Assembly (NCBI GenBank): GCA_965613365.1
Contig: CBFDVL010000001.1
Location: 1-38,711 of the forward strand
Direction: 5' to 3'
From: an uncultured archaeon
Lineage (GTDB): Archaea; Hydrothermarchaeota; Hydrothermarchaeia; Hydrothermarchaeales; CAZSVW01
Length of the DNA: 38,711 nucleotides
Position 1 is the stretch's first letter, and every line of letters starts with the position of its first letter. Below the pieces are notes generated by a model that was not told where the DNA came from, made no database searches, and worked only from the letters and a program-made list of their open reading frames with translations. A program made the position numbers and the translations under genes. This document shows, piece after piece, positions 1 through 9,036 of the stretch.

Positions 1-43
1 TCATGCCTAGTCTCGTGGGCTCGGAGATGTGTATAAGAGACAG
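1..43. other. Illumina Nextera adapter remnant (library artefact). Exact reverse complement of 38641-38683.
   Basis: Bases 10-43 read GTCTCGTGGGCTCGGAGATGTGTATAAGAGACAG, the Nextera read-2 adapter including the 19-nt Tn5 mosaic end. Bases 2-9 (CATGCCTA) are the reverse complement of the index TAGGCATG seen at the other contig end. Confidence 0.97.
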
Positions 44-44
44 C

Positions 45-812
45 CTTATATTCCTTTCTGAAAGCTTCTCCGACCAAATCACCTGTGCAATGAGATGGTG
101 CAACCTTTTCAACTTGCAATTTTTTAAATTCTTTAACACAAGATAGAGAAGGATGGTGAAACCCTCCTAAAACCAAGTATACCTTATCTCTTTTTATCAA
201 TTCTTTAGCTCTCTTTACAATGTTTACAATTCCGGGATGAGCACAGCCTGTAATAACTACTAATCCCTTTTTTGAATCAATGATCAAGGATTGCTCTTCT
301 GAAGGTCCATAAAGTTCTCCAGTTGTGTGAACAAAATCAGAAATTTTTCTTGGAGCTGAAATTTCTACAAATTTGGCTCTTTTCTGAATTATCATATTTT
401 TAATAGATTGAGGAAATGGATTCGGAATAAAGACAGTAACATTACTGTTTCTCTCTAAAAAACCTTCCAATCCTCCTAAATGGTCGCTATGAATATGAGA
501 AATGACCACTTTCTTGATTGAGAAAGGATCAATACCCAATTTTTCCATATTCGAAAGCAAAATTTCTGAGTTTCCTCCAGTATCAAAGAGCATTAGCTCC
601 TTAGGAGTTTTTATTACAGTAGCAAAACCCCAGGCAGTTTCTAAGTTAGGATTTACTTGGTAGTTGTCATAGACAGAAATCAAAGTTATTTCCGGTTTTT
701 CTTCTTTAGATTCAATAGAAATTTCTATCTGAGTCACTTTTTCATTTTGAATTGCAAACCAAATTCCTGTTCCAGTTAAAATTAAGATTCCGATTAAAAT
801 TTTGAGACTCAT
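45..812 (-). CDS. MBL-fold metallo-hydrolase with an N-terminal hydrophobic anchor or signal. Partial: the 3' end is cut by the contig/adapter boundary.
   Basis: The ATG at 812-810 lies 1 nt after the stop of the upstream paralogue. Translation: MSLKILIGILILTGTGIWFAIQ...VISHIHSDHLGGLEGF...ITGCAHPG...GGFH. The HxHxDH metallo-beta-lactamase motif is present. The ORF is absent from the ORF track because no stop is reached before the adapter. Confidence 0.8.
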
Positions 813-813
813 T

Positions 814-1452
814 CTACTCAACCTCAATTATTTTTCCTGCTCCCCCCTCAATATATTTTTCAGGATAAAGGTATTTTATCTCTGATTTGTATTGAGTGCA
901 ATGGGTTGGACAAATCAAATCTAAGTCCTTTAAGGATTCGGGTTTGGTTGCATGCAATCCTCCTATAATACCATAGACTTTACCAAATTGAGAAGCTGTT
1001 TTAAGGATGTGCTCCATTCTTGGGTGCGAGCATCCGGTTATGATTACGATACCTTTTTCCGTCTCAACACAGAGGGATTGTTCTATTCCATCGAGTTCAC
1101 CTGTAGAGTAAATTCCTTCATAAAGTTTTGTGGGTTTTTTCACTTCAATAACTTCTCTTGCATTCTTTGCTTCGGGGAAATAAGAAGGAATCCAGAGTTT
1201 CACTTTATTATTCAGCTGAAGAAAGGATGATAAACCACCTGTATGGTCCCAGTGAGGATGAGAAATGAAAACATCTTCGATCTTTTCTGGACTAATTTTA
1301 AGCTTTTTCATATTGGAAAGTAAAATATCTCCATTTGCTCCTGTATCAAAAAGAATATTCTTTCCTTTAACCTGGATAAGTGCCGAAAAACCCCAATCAG
1401 CTTTAAGCCCGGTTCTTAAGGCAGTATTATCATAAATAATCGTAACTTTCAT
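814..1452 (-). CDS. MBL-fold metallo-hydrolase, paralogue of 45-812 without the hydrophobic N-terminus.
   Basis: Contains the HPHWDHTGG (HxHxDH) motif, ITGCSHP and GGLH. I prefer the internal ATG at 1452 (MKVTIIYDN...), which is preceded by GGAGG (reverse complement of cctcc at 1461-1465). Confidence 0.85.
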   Translation of the reverse strand: MKVTIIYDNTALRTGLKADWGFSALIQVKGKNILFDTGANGDILLSNMKKLKISPEKIEDVFISHPHWDHTGGLSSFLQLNNKVKLWIPSYFPEAKNAREVIEVKKPTKLYEGIYSTGELDGIEQSLCVETEKGIVIITGCSHPRMEHILKTASQFGKVYGIIGGLHATKPESLKDLDLICPTHCTQYKSEIKYLYPEKYIEGGAGKIIEVE

Positions 1453-1624
1453 GTTTTGCCTCCTTCTGCAATCTTTCATCTAAAGTTCCATCGGGAAGCA
1501 TCCAATCTGGATGCACCTTGCCCTTCTCTTCCATTTGATAACGAATACAACTTTCCCAATCTCCTTTACAGTACAATTCTATCCACTTCTTATCTAACTT
1601 TCCTTTCTCATAAAACCTTTTCAT
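1430..1624 (-). CDS. Small conserved-looking Cys-containing hypothetical protein (64 aa).
   Basis: The ORF contains YCKGDWESCIRYQMEEKGKVHPDWMLPDG and is co-oriented with the MBL gene, overlapping its start by 23 nt. No function can be assigned from the sequence. Confidence 0.5.
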   Translation of the reverse strand: MKRFYEKGKLDKKWIELYCKGDWESCIRYQMEEKGKVHPDWMLPDGTLDERLQKEAKHESYDYL

Positions 1625-2455
1625 TGGACATTCCTGAGGATAAGGAAAGTTCCAGAAAAACCATGCTCTACAGGTTTCTGTCGAGAATAGAAGATAAGAG
1701 TTTCATTAACGTGATTTTGAGAATTCTAAACAAGCAGTGCGGGAGGAGAAGAAGAGGGAGAGCTTCTATCATAGTAGATTCCACAGACGTTCAGCTTGAC
1801 ATAAACTACTTTCGCAGGAGAATAAAGAAGGAAGATCTAGAGGATAGAGAGTTCAAGTGGGGCTACTCGCCCTCAAAAGGATACTACGTCGGCTACAAGC
1901 TCACTGTTGCTATAGACAAGAGCAATCTGATGCCCTTAGCCTTTCTTTTGCACGAGGGTTCGCCAAACGATGCCAAGCTTTTCTATCAGATATTGAAAGA
2001 GCTGAAAAAGAGGAGGGTAATCAGAAAAGGGGATGTTGTGATAGCAGATAAAGGTTACTACAGCTACAAAAACTACTTGAAAGGCATTACAAGGTTCAGA
2101 ATCGTTCCCTTAATTTCCAAGGAAGAACTTCAGTTTAAGCAGAGCTTTAGGTTTACTCTCCTATCCTCTGGATGTGTTTTGCTCCAATAGTCTTAGAAAG
2201 GATGTTTTCATAAAGTTGGCAAGGAAATTCGGGGAGATGATTTTAAAATGGGAGAGATACAGATCTATAAGAAGTAGAATGGAGGATTTGTTTAAGCTGG
2301 CCAAGAATGCTTTTTCCTTGGATAGATTGCACAGGTATACGAAGAAATCTGTTAAAAAGTTCGTTGGACTGAATGTCCTTTTACTGGGGATGGTTGTTTC
2401 AATGGGAATTAGGAAGAAAGAAGAGCTGCACAGGCTTGTTTACATGTAGATTTTG
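1625..2455 (+). mobile_element. Degraded IS4/IS5-superfamily DDE transposase remnant: N-terminally truncated and frameshifted.
   Basis: Two overlapping ORF pieces (to 2190, and 2174-2449) together carry a DDE_Tnp_1-like pattern: IIVDSTDV (D), VIADKGYYS (D) and RSIRSRMEDLFKLAK (E/K-R). Only about 50 aa precede the first D, so the DNA-binding N-terminus is missing. ORF-track residues encoded by 1456-1624 are just the antisense of the neighbouring gene. I could not find terminal inverted repeats. Confidence 0.7.
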
Positions 2456-2654
2456 GGAGGACCTTATTTTCTCTTATATTCCCTGGAATTTGTTTCACTG
2501 CTTCGCCTATAATCTCAAGGTTCCTTAAATACGGCATCTTTTGTTTTATCGTCTTTCATAAAATCGTCATAAGACATGCCAGAGGTATAAATTTTGATTT
2601 TTCTAATACACTCGAGTATATCAGCTATAAAATATCTCCAGTTCTTTTAGACAT
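2455..2654 (-). pseudogene. HEPN (DUF86-type) toxin gene remnant. It has at least two frameshifts and its 3' part is replaced by the IS remnant.
   Basis: An ATG at 2654-2652 follows AGGAGG and overlaps the MNT stop, the typical MNT-HEPN arrangement. Pieces read across shifted frames are MSKR / NWRYFIADILECIRKIKIYTSGMSYDDFMKDDKTKDAVF / NLEIIGEAVKQIPGNIRE. The sequence then runs into the end of the transposase, before the Rx4-6H catalytic motif. Confidence 0.65.
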
Positions 2655-2943
2655 AAACTAAATCCTCCTTTATACTGTTCCAAAGCAAGGGTTTTTGCTT
2701 TACTGCTTTGATTGTAAGCAGGTCAATTTTCACATCCAAGAGTTTTTCAAGTTCATCCCAGAGTTCAAAGAACTTAAATCCTATCGGTTTCTCAAGTTCA
2801 ACTAATATATCCACATCACTTATAGGAGTTTGCTCATCTCTTGCGTAAGACCCAAATATCCCAAGAATAACTACTCCATATTTCTTTCTTATCTCTTCTT
2901 TACACTGTGCAAGTATGCTCTTTATTTCTGTGAGGGTTTTCAT
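2647..2943 (-). CDS. MNT-type nucleotidyltransferase, the antitoxin partner of HEPN.
   Basis: Contains GIFGSYARDEQTPISDVDILV, matching the GS-x(n)-DxD minimal nucleotidyltransferase signature. Length 98 aa. Confidence 0.85.
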   Translation of the reverse strand: MKTLTEIKSILAQCKEEIRKKYGVVILGIFGSYARDEQTPISDVDILVELEKPIGFKFFELWDELEKLLDVKIDLLTIKAVKQKPLLWNSIKEDLVYV

Positions 2944-3007
2944 TTAAACAACCTCTTTTGCTTTTTATATAATTATTTTCAATTTAAATTTTAATATTCT
3001 TTTCTGC

Positions 3008-6000
3008 TTAGCGGAAAGAAAATATTTTTTCTAAAACCTTTCTTTTTCCCTTCGCCTTCTCCAGAATCTCGGGAAGATTCCATACTGGTTTGAGCTTTAT
3101 CGCCTTGGTGGGACATACCTCTTCGCATTTTCTGCAACCTATGCAGAATAGGGCATTGTAGCTTATCTTTCCAAACCCATATGCTTTTTCTTCGGTAACT
3201 ATAACCTTCGCATGTTTTCTTTTAATTTTTTGAATTATCTCTATAAGCATTTTAATTTTTTCAGGTTTTTCTTCCATCGCTTCATACTTTTGCAAGTCTA
3301 TAACGCCAGAAAAAGTTAAGGCATCATCTGGGCAAACTTCTTCACAAGCTCTACATGCTATGCATTTTGTATTATCGCATTCAACCGTTACAAACCCGGG
3401 AAGCTCCTTTCTTTTAACCAAGGGTTCCCATTCTTTATCTATCTCTGTAACCTTAATCTCTCTCGGAGTTACCTTGTAGGATTCAAGAACATCGATAATC
3501 TTTTTAAGTTTCTCAATGTCCTCTCTTTCAAGATTAATATTCCTAATTCTACTCAAAAGTGTTTTAGCTTTTTCATTTTCCAGTAAAGATAGCGTTTTCT
3601 CAAGTCTTGCGAGAATTTCTTCTCGGGAAGGCTCAGATTCATATAAAGCCTTTATCTTAGCTATTTCCTGCTCATCCTTAAAGTGAAGAGCCTGAATAGC
3701 CCCTACTGGACATTCTGCTACACAAGCTCCGCATCCCTTGCAAAGAGCCTCGTTGATTTTTGCCACAATTTTACCAGAGTTATTAATTGTAAGCACAGGC
3801 GCATTGTAAGGACAAGCATCCAAACATACCCCGCAAGCAAGACAAAGTTCCTCATCGACCTTGGCGATACTTCCCTCTGCAATAACCTCTCCTTTAACAA
3901 GAGATATTAATGCGCGAGAAGCTGCTCCGAGAGCTTGGGATATACTATCCTGAATATTCTTTGGAAAGGAGGCAACACCACAAACATATATTCCCTCGGT
4001 GGCAAATTCCACCGGCTTAAGCTTGAGATGCGCCTCAAGGAAAAATCCATTCGCATCTAAGGGAACCTTAAGCATCTTAGAAAGCTCCTTATTTTCTTTA
4101 TGTGGAATTATAGGTGTTGAGAGCACAACTTTATCTACAATAAGCTTGACCTTTCGGTCAAGCGAGGGAGAATAAACCTCAATACTTAGCTTTTCTCCTT
4201 CCTTTTTGACCTCTGGGGGAGAATCTTCGCGGTATCTCAGGAATTTTATACCTTTTTCAAGAGCTAGGGAATAAAGCTCCTCTTCACCCTGACCAAAAGT
4301 TCTTATATCCCTGTAAATTATGAAGACCTCGCTATTGTTGAGATTTTTAATCTCTATCGCATTTTTTATTGCATTATAGCAACAAATTCTCCCACAATAT
4401 TGTCTTTCCTTATCTCTTGCTCCCACACAAAGTATTATCGCATAGCTTTTTTCAACTTTGCCTTTCTTTAATTCTTGCTCAAGTTCAAAAACCGTTATAA
4501 CGTCTTCATACTCTCCATAACCATAATGACCAAAAGGTTTAAGAATTTCTCCTCCGGTCGCTAAGATTATACTACCAACGGTTATTTCCTTATCCCCAAG
4601 CCTCACCTGAAAGTTTCCTACATAACCTGAGATATCCTTAATTGTGGTTGAAGCGTAAATTTCGATGTTTTCATGGTTTTTAACCTTTTCAATTAAAGAC
4701 TTAACAATTTCTTCTCCATTTTTAAGTTCTCTTGCTATTCCTCCAAGCTCTTTCTCCTTCTCCACGAGATAAACCTTAAATCCATGATTAGCTATGCTTA
4801 GAGCACAACTCATTCCCGCTACTCCTCCACCTATTACAAGAGCAGAGGGAGTAACGGGTATTCTGTAATCATGCAAAGGTTCTAACAACCTCGCCTTTGC
4901 TACAGCCATTCTTACTAAATCCTTGGCTTTTTCGGTAGCCTTCTCGGGCTCGTTCGCATGAACCCAAGAGACGTGTTCTCTAATATTGCACATTTCAAAT
5001 AGGTAGGGATTGAGCTTAGCCTCTTTCAAAGTTTTTCTGAAAAGAGCTTCATGCGTTCTTGGTGTGCATGCAGCTATAACAATGCGGTTTAGCTTATGCT
5101 CCCCTATCGCTTTCTTTATCTTCTCTTGAGAATCGATCGAACATGCAAAAAGGCAATCTTCAGCATGCTTTACATAAGGCAAGCTTTTAGCATACTCAAC
5201 CAGAGCTTTGCAATCAACTACGCCAGCGATATTTTTACCACAGTGGCAAATGAACACGCCTATCCTCGGCTCTTTGCTTAGCTCTTTTTCTGGTACCTCT
5301 TTCTCTTCTTCTTGTTTTTTCTCTGGTATGCCAAGAAGCTCGGAAACCTTTGCACTCGCAGAAGAAGCGAGAGCGACAGAATCGGGAATATCCCTCGGAG
5401 ATAAAGCTACTCCGGCTATAAATATTCCCTCTCTACTCGTCTCCATGGGTGAGAGGTCTATGTTTCTGGGCTTGAAAAAGCCGTATTCGTCGGTTTCTAT
5501 TCCCAAAATCTCCGCAAGTTTTCTATTATCCTTGGGAGCAACGAGCGCTGAACTCAAAACTACAAGCTCAACCTCTAACTCCTTAGTCTCGTTGCTCTCG
5601 GTATCCTCGTATCTAAGAATAAGATTGTTGTTTTCTGTTTCTATTATTCTGGAAACCCTGCTTCTTATGTATTTTATGCCATTCGCTTTTGCTTGCTGAT
5701 AATATTCTTCAAAGCCCTTACCATAAGCTCTTAAATCCATGTAAAAAATGTAGCTTTCAAGCTTTGGATTATGCTCCTTGGCTATCATAGCTTGCTTGGT
5801 TGCAAACATACAGCAAACCCTTGAGCAATACTTATTGCATTTAACATCTCTTGAACCTACGCATTGTAACCAAGCTATTTTCTTAGCTTCCCTACCATCA
5901 CTAGGTCTAACCACTTTACCTTGAGTTGGACCACTAGCTGAGAGCAAACGTTCAAATTGTAGCGAGGTTATAACATTTTTATAAACCCCATAGCCATATT

Positions 6001-6604
6001 CTGGCTTAGCCCTTGGGTCAAACTCCTCGAAGCCTGTAGCAACTATTATTGCACCAACGTTAAGCTCTACTTCTTCTTCACCAGCGTTGAAATCTATGGC
6101 ATCGGCTTCGCATACTAACGAGCAAAGCCTACAACCAATGCATGCTTCCTCATCTATCTTATAGACTAAAGGAAAAGCCTGAGGAAAGGCTACGTAAATC
6201 GCCTTTCTTGCTCCTAAGCTAAGGTCAAACTCGTTTTCTTTAACCACTGGGCAAACGTCAGCACATGCTCCACAACCCGTGCATTTCTCGGGGTCTACAA
6301 AGGTTTTTTTTCTTTTAACCTTTACCTTAAAATCTCCAGCTTTTCCCTTAACCTCAACGACCTCGGAATTAACGAAAACCTTAACATTTGCATGTCTTCC
6401 AACTTCGACCATTCTCGGAGCAAGAATACAGGTGGAACAATCATTTGTGGGGAAAGTCTTGTCAAGTCTTGCCATATTTCCGCCTATGCTTGGTGTTTTC
6501 TCCACAAGAAATACGTCGTAGCCCTTATCAGCTAAATCAAGGGTTGCTTGCATCCCAGCGACTCCACCGCCTATTACTAAGCAAGCTTTAACCTTGTTTT
6601 GCAT
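3008..6604 (-). CDS. hdrA: Giant HdrA-like flavoprotein (1198 aa): two tandem HdrA-type FAD units with ferredoxin domains and an extra C-terminal di-ferredoxin tail.
   Basis: Two GGGVAGM Rossmann motifs are present (N-terminus and about aa 600). HdrA-type signatures seen: DCSTCILAP, CSRVCC/CGRICC and GVFICHCGKNI. There are multiple CxxCxxCxxxC(P) motifs, including CIACRACEEVCP and CIGCRKCEEVCP in the tail. Confidence 0.85.
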   Translation of the reverse strand: MQNKVKACLVIGGGVAGMQATLDLADKGYDVFLVEKTPSIGGNMARLDKTFPTNDCSTCILAPRMVEVGRHANVKVFVNSEVVEVKGKAGDFKVKVKRKKTFVDPEKCTGCGACADVCPVVKENEFDLSLGARKAIYVAFPQAFPLVYKIDEEACIGCRLCSLVCEADAIDFNAGEEEVELNVGAIIVATGFEEFDPRAKPEYGYGVYKNVITSLQFERLLSASGPTQGKVVRPSDGREAKKIAWLQCVGSRDVKCNKYCSRVCCMFATKQAMIAKEHNPKLESYIFYMDLRAYGKGFEEYYQQAKANGIKYIRSRVSRIIETENNNLILRYEDTESNETKELEVELVVLSSALVAPKDNRKLAEILGIETDEYGFFKPRNIDLSPMETSREGIFIAGVALSPRDIPDSVALASSASAKVSELLGIPEKKQEEEKEVPEKELSKEPRIGVFICHCGKNIAGVVDCKALVEYAKSLPYVKHAEDCLFACSIDSQEKIKKAIGEHKLNRIVIAACTPRTHEALFRKTLKEAKLNPYLFEMCNIREHVSWVHANEPEKATEKAKDLVRMAVAKARLLEPLHDYRIPVTPSALVIGGGVAGMSCALSIANHGFKVYLVEKEKELGGIARELKNGEEIVKSLIEKVKNHENIEIYASTTIKDISGYVGNFQVRLGDKEITVGSIILATGGEILKPFGHYGYGEYEDVITVFELEQELKKGKVEKSYAIILCVGARDKERQYCGRICCYNAIKNAIEIKNLNNSEVFIIYRDIRTFGQGEEELYSLALEKGIKFLRYREDSPPEVKKEGEKLSIEVYSPSLDRKVKLIVDKVVLSTPIIPHKENKELSKMLKVPLDANGFFLEAHLKLKPVEFATEGIYVCGVASFPKNIQDSISQALGAASRALISLVKGEVIAEGSIAKVDEELCLACGVCLDACPYNAPVLTINNSGKIVAKINEALCKGCGACVAECPVGAIQALHFKDEQEIAKIKALYESEPSREEILARLEKTLSLLENEKAKTLLSRIRNINLEREDIEKLKKIIDVLESYKVTPREIKVTEIDKEWEPLVKRKELPGFVTVECDNTKCIACRACEEVCPDDALTFSGVIDLQKYEAMEEKPEKIKMLIEIIQKIKRKHAKVIVTEEKAYGFGKISYNALFCIGCRKCEEVCPTKAIKLKPVWNLPEILEKAKGKRKVLEKIFSFR

Positions 6605-7166
6605 TCAACCACCTTTCTAGCTCTTCTAAAGCTTTTTCCTTTTCTTGCTCTGAGCTTACCGCAGAGAGCTGGAGAATGAGCTCAATCAGCCTTCTTCTTT
6701 TTGGCGGAAGTTTTTCCGCCTCCTCGCTAAGCTTAATCTTTCTTGAACTTCTATATCTTAAGGGGGAAGCTCCAAGCTCTTTTATCTCCGCAACAAAATC
6801 TTCAACAACTCTCTGGAATTTTTTTCCTTCTGAAGCCGAAACCCATTCAAGCCTAAGCCTTTTTGGATTTATACCTATACTCTCCATTAAATTTCTTACA
6901 AACTCCACTCTTCTCTTTGCCATTAGATTTCCGGTTATGTAATGACATTCGCCTGGGTGGCAACCTGAGATTAAAACACCGTCAGCACCAGCAAGAAATG
7001 CTTCAAGGATAAAATTTATGTCTATTCTACCAGTACACATCACTCTTTGTATTCTTATGTTCGCTGGATATTGAAGTCTGCTAACCCCAGCCAAATCTGC
7101 TCCGGCATAGCTACACCAGTTGCAAAGAAAGGCAATGATTTTTGGTTGAAAGTTCTCATTGTTCAT
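6588..7166 (-). CDS. mvhD: MvhD/FlpD-like protein (methyl-viologen-reducing hydrogenase delta-subunit family).
   Basis: Reads IIAFLCNWCSYAGADLAG...RVMCTGRID...GADGVLISGCHPGECHY, the typical MvhD Cys pattern. It overlaps both neighbours (11 and 17 nt). Confidence 0.85.
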   Translation of the reverse strand: MNNENFQPKIIAFLCNWCSYAGADLAGVSRLQYPANIRIQRVMCTGRIDINFILEAFLAGADGVLISGCHPGECHYITGNLMAKRRVEFVRNLMESIGINPKRLRLEWVSASEGKKFQRVVEDFVAEIKELGASPLRYRSSRKIKLSEEAEKLPPKRRRLIELILQLSAVSSEQEKEKALEELERWLNAKQG

Positions 7167-9036
7167 CGTTCATCCTCCTTACTTTTTCAACATATCTTTT
7201 TGCCTCATATCCAAAAAGATATAGAGACTCAACTTTTTTACCCAATCCTATTTCTTCTAAGATAGCGTTAGCCAGCTTGACCTGAGTTTCAGCATATTCG
7301 TTACCTTTTAAATAATGACATCCTCCTTCTCCACAGCCTGTTATCAAAACCTTCTCTGCTCCAAGCTCAATGGCTTTGAGAATTTCAACCACAGAGAGTC
7401 TGCCAACACAAGGCAAAGGAACGGGCAAAATATTCGCTGGATAAGTATAGCCTAAGGCTCCGGCCATGTCTATAGCCGAGTACCCACATTCATAGCAAAC
7501 AAAATTTACAATTGGCTTCTCTATCTCTGTATCTTTGAGAAGTCCCTCAAGATATGCAAATGTTTCTTCTTTGTTATTGAGCGGTAACTCAATTGCATTA
7601 TAAAGGCAGGAAGCAAGGCATATTCCGCAAGCTTTACATTCAAGTTCATTTATCTTTGCTTTGCCATTGCTCATTATAATAGCGTTGTGCGGGCAAACCT
7701 TAGCACATATTTCACAACCAACACAAAGTTTCTCATTTACTCTTGCAGAAGCTTTTTTCTCCTCGAGACTTTTCAACATTTTTATTACCTTTGCTACAGC
7801 TGCCTCGCTTTCTGCTATGCGTTCTTCTTCATCCTTTATACCGGTTGCACCTCCGCATACATATACTCCAAGCTTTTTAGTTTCCACTGTTCTGAGTTTT
7901 GAATAAAGCCTTTTAAAGAAACCATATTTGTTTAGCTCAATTCCTAAAATCTTCGCAAGTCTCCTATTGTCCTTCGCGGGTATAAAGGCACTTGCCAAAA
8001 CCCCAAGGTCTGCTTTAATATTAATAAAATCCTGAGTTAGGGTATCTTCGATTGCTATAAGCAAATTTCCATTCTCTGAAGCTATTGAGGAGGGCTTGCC
8101 ACGAATAAATCTTATTCCGAGTTCTCTTGCTTCCTTGAAATATTTTTCATTTTTCCCATAGGTTCTTATATCCATGTAGCAGATGATAACGCTTGCCTTG
8201 GGGTTCGTTTTTTTGATCTCGATCGCATTTTTTATAGCTAATGTGCAACAAATCTTAGAACAATACTCATGATAGCTATCTCTTGACCCAACGCATAAAA
8301 TAAAAACGACTTTTTCTATGTCTTTGAGTTTTTCTATGTCTTTATCTTTATACAAGATCTCTGCAAGCTCGCTCTGGGTTATAACATTTTTATAAACCCC
8401 ATAGCCATATTGCTTTATTTCATAGGGTTTCCATTCTTCAAAGCCTGTAGCAACTATTATTGCACCAACGTTAAGAGTTTTTTTAACACCATCGTTTGAG
8501 ATTAGTACTTTAAAATTACCCGCAGAACCAGAGATCTCTTCAATCTCAGAGCTTTCAACAACGTACGAAGTATAACCAAGGTTTTTGAGTTTTAAATTTG
8601 CGTGAAGACCTTCTTTTGTATTACCTATTATGAGAACGCTTTTTTTTACTTTTGATTCCTCAGAGTCAAAAGCAAAGGTTTTAGACTTTTTTATTTTTTC
8701 GATGCCCGCCTTTATTAGCGCCTTTGCTTTTTTGTTTGCCTCTATCTTATTGTCTCTATGAGGATAGGCACATTGCTCTCTTATATTCACGAATTCTAAC
8801 CTAGCTTTCGCATGTCTTTTAAATCTCTCTCCATAAATCTGGGGAGAGCAGGCAGAGATTACAATTTTCTCTTCCTTGCATTTGCTTAACTCTTGCAAGC
8901 CTTCCTTAAGGCAAAGGTTATTGTGGATTTTTACAAATTCCACACCCTCTATACCTTTAATATACTCCGCAATCTCCTCAAGGTTGAGAACCTTTGAAAT
9001 CTCGCCATTACATGAGCAGAGAAAAACGCCTACCAT
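7156..9036 (-). CDS. HdrA-like protein with a degenerate dinucleotide-binding motif, a C-terminal 2x[4Fe-4S] ferredoxin and a fused MvhD domain.
   Basis: The N-terminal domain reads MVGVFLCSCNGEI. IIGNTKEG stands where the paralogues have IIGGGVAG. The ferredoxin motifs are CVGCEICAKVCP and CKACGICLASC. The C-terminus (FVCYECGYSAIDMAG...CVGRLS...ITGCGEGGCHY) is MvhD-like. Confidence 0.8.
   Translation of the reverse strand: MVGVFLCSCNGEISKVLNLEEIAEYIKGIEGVEFVKIHNNLCLKEGLQELSKCKEEKIVISACSPQIYGERFKRHAKARLEFVNIREQCAYPHRDNKIEANKKAKALIKAGIEKIKKSKTFAFDSEESKVKKSVLIIGNTKEGLHANLKLKNLGYTSYVVESSEIEEISGSAGNFKVLISNDGVKKTLNVGAIIVATGFEEWKPYEIKQYGYGVYKNVITQSELAEILYKDKDIEKLKDIEKVVFILCVGSRDSYHEYCSKICCTLAIKNAIEIKKTNPKASVIICYMDIRTYGKNEKYFKEARELGIRFIRGKPSSIASENGNLLIAIEDTLTQDFINIKADLGVLASAFIPAKDNRRLAKILGIELNKYGFFKRLYSKLRTVETKKLGVYVCGGATGIKDEEERIAESEAAVAKVIKMLKSLEEKKASARVNEKLCVGCEICAKVCPHNAIIMSNGKAKINELECKACGICLASCLYNAIELPLNNKEETFAYLEGLLKDTEIEKPIVNFVCYECGYSAIDMAGALGYTYPANILPVPLPCVGRLSVVEILKAIELGAEKVLITGCGEGGCHYLKGNEYAETQVKLANAILEEIGLGKKVESLYLFGYEAKRYVEKVRRMNDEQ
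8243..8475. repeat. Copy A of a 233-bp, 100% identical direct repeat shared by two adjacent HdrA-like genes.
   Basis: A base-by-base comparison with 9493-9725 (offset exactly 1250 bp) shows no mismatch. Flanking bases differ on both sides (8242 t vs 9492 g; 8476 a vs 9726 c). Confidence 0.95.

Noticed and set aside
1-43. A perfect 43-bp terminal inverted repeat of the contig containing a Tn5 mosaic end, which could be read as a composite transposon.
   Set aside because: The repeat continues into a sequencing index and the P7 primer plus poly-A. This is a Nextera library artefact, not a genomic transposon.
1456-1624. N-terminal extension of the transposase ORF (the ORF track starts it at 1456).
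   Set aside because: This part is simply the open antisense frame of the 64-aa gene. Transposase-like sequence begins only after about 1625.
5208-5699. 163-aa plus-strand ORF and other plus-strand ORFs inside 3008-10259.
   Set aside because: They are antisense to the HdrA-like genes and have no motifs.
8311-8345. Short tandem duplication (ttttctatgtcttt occurring twice) that might hint at a repeat array.
   Set aside because: There are only two units, inside coding sequence (KDIEK-L-KDIEK). No CRISPR-like repeat-spacer periodicity occurs anywhere in the window.
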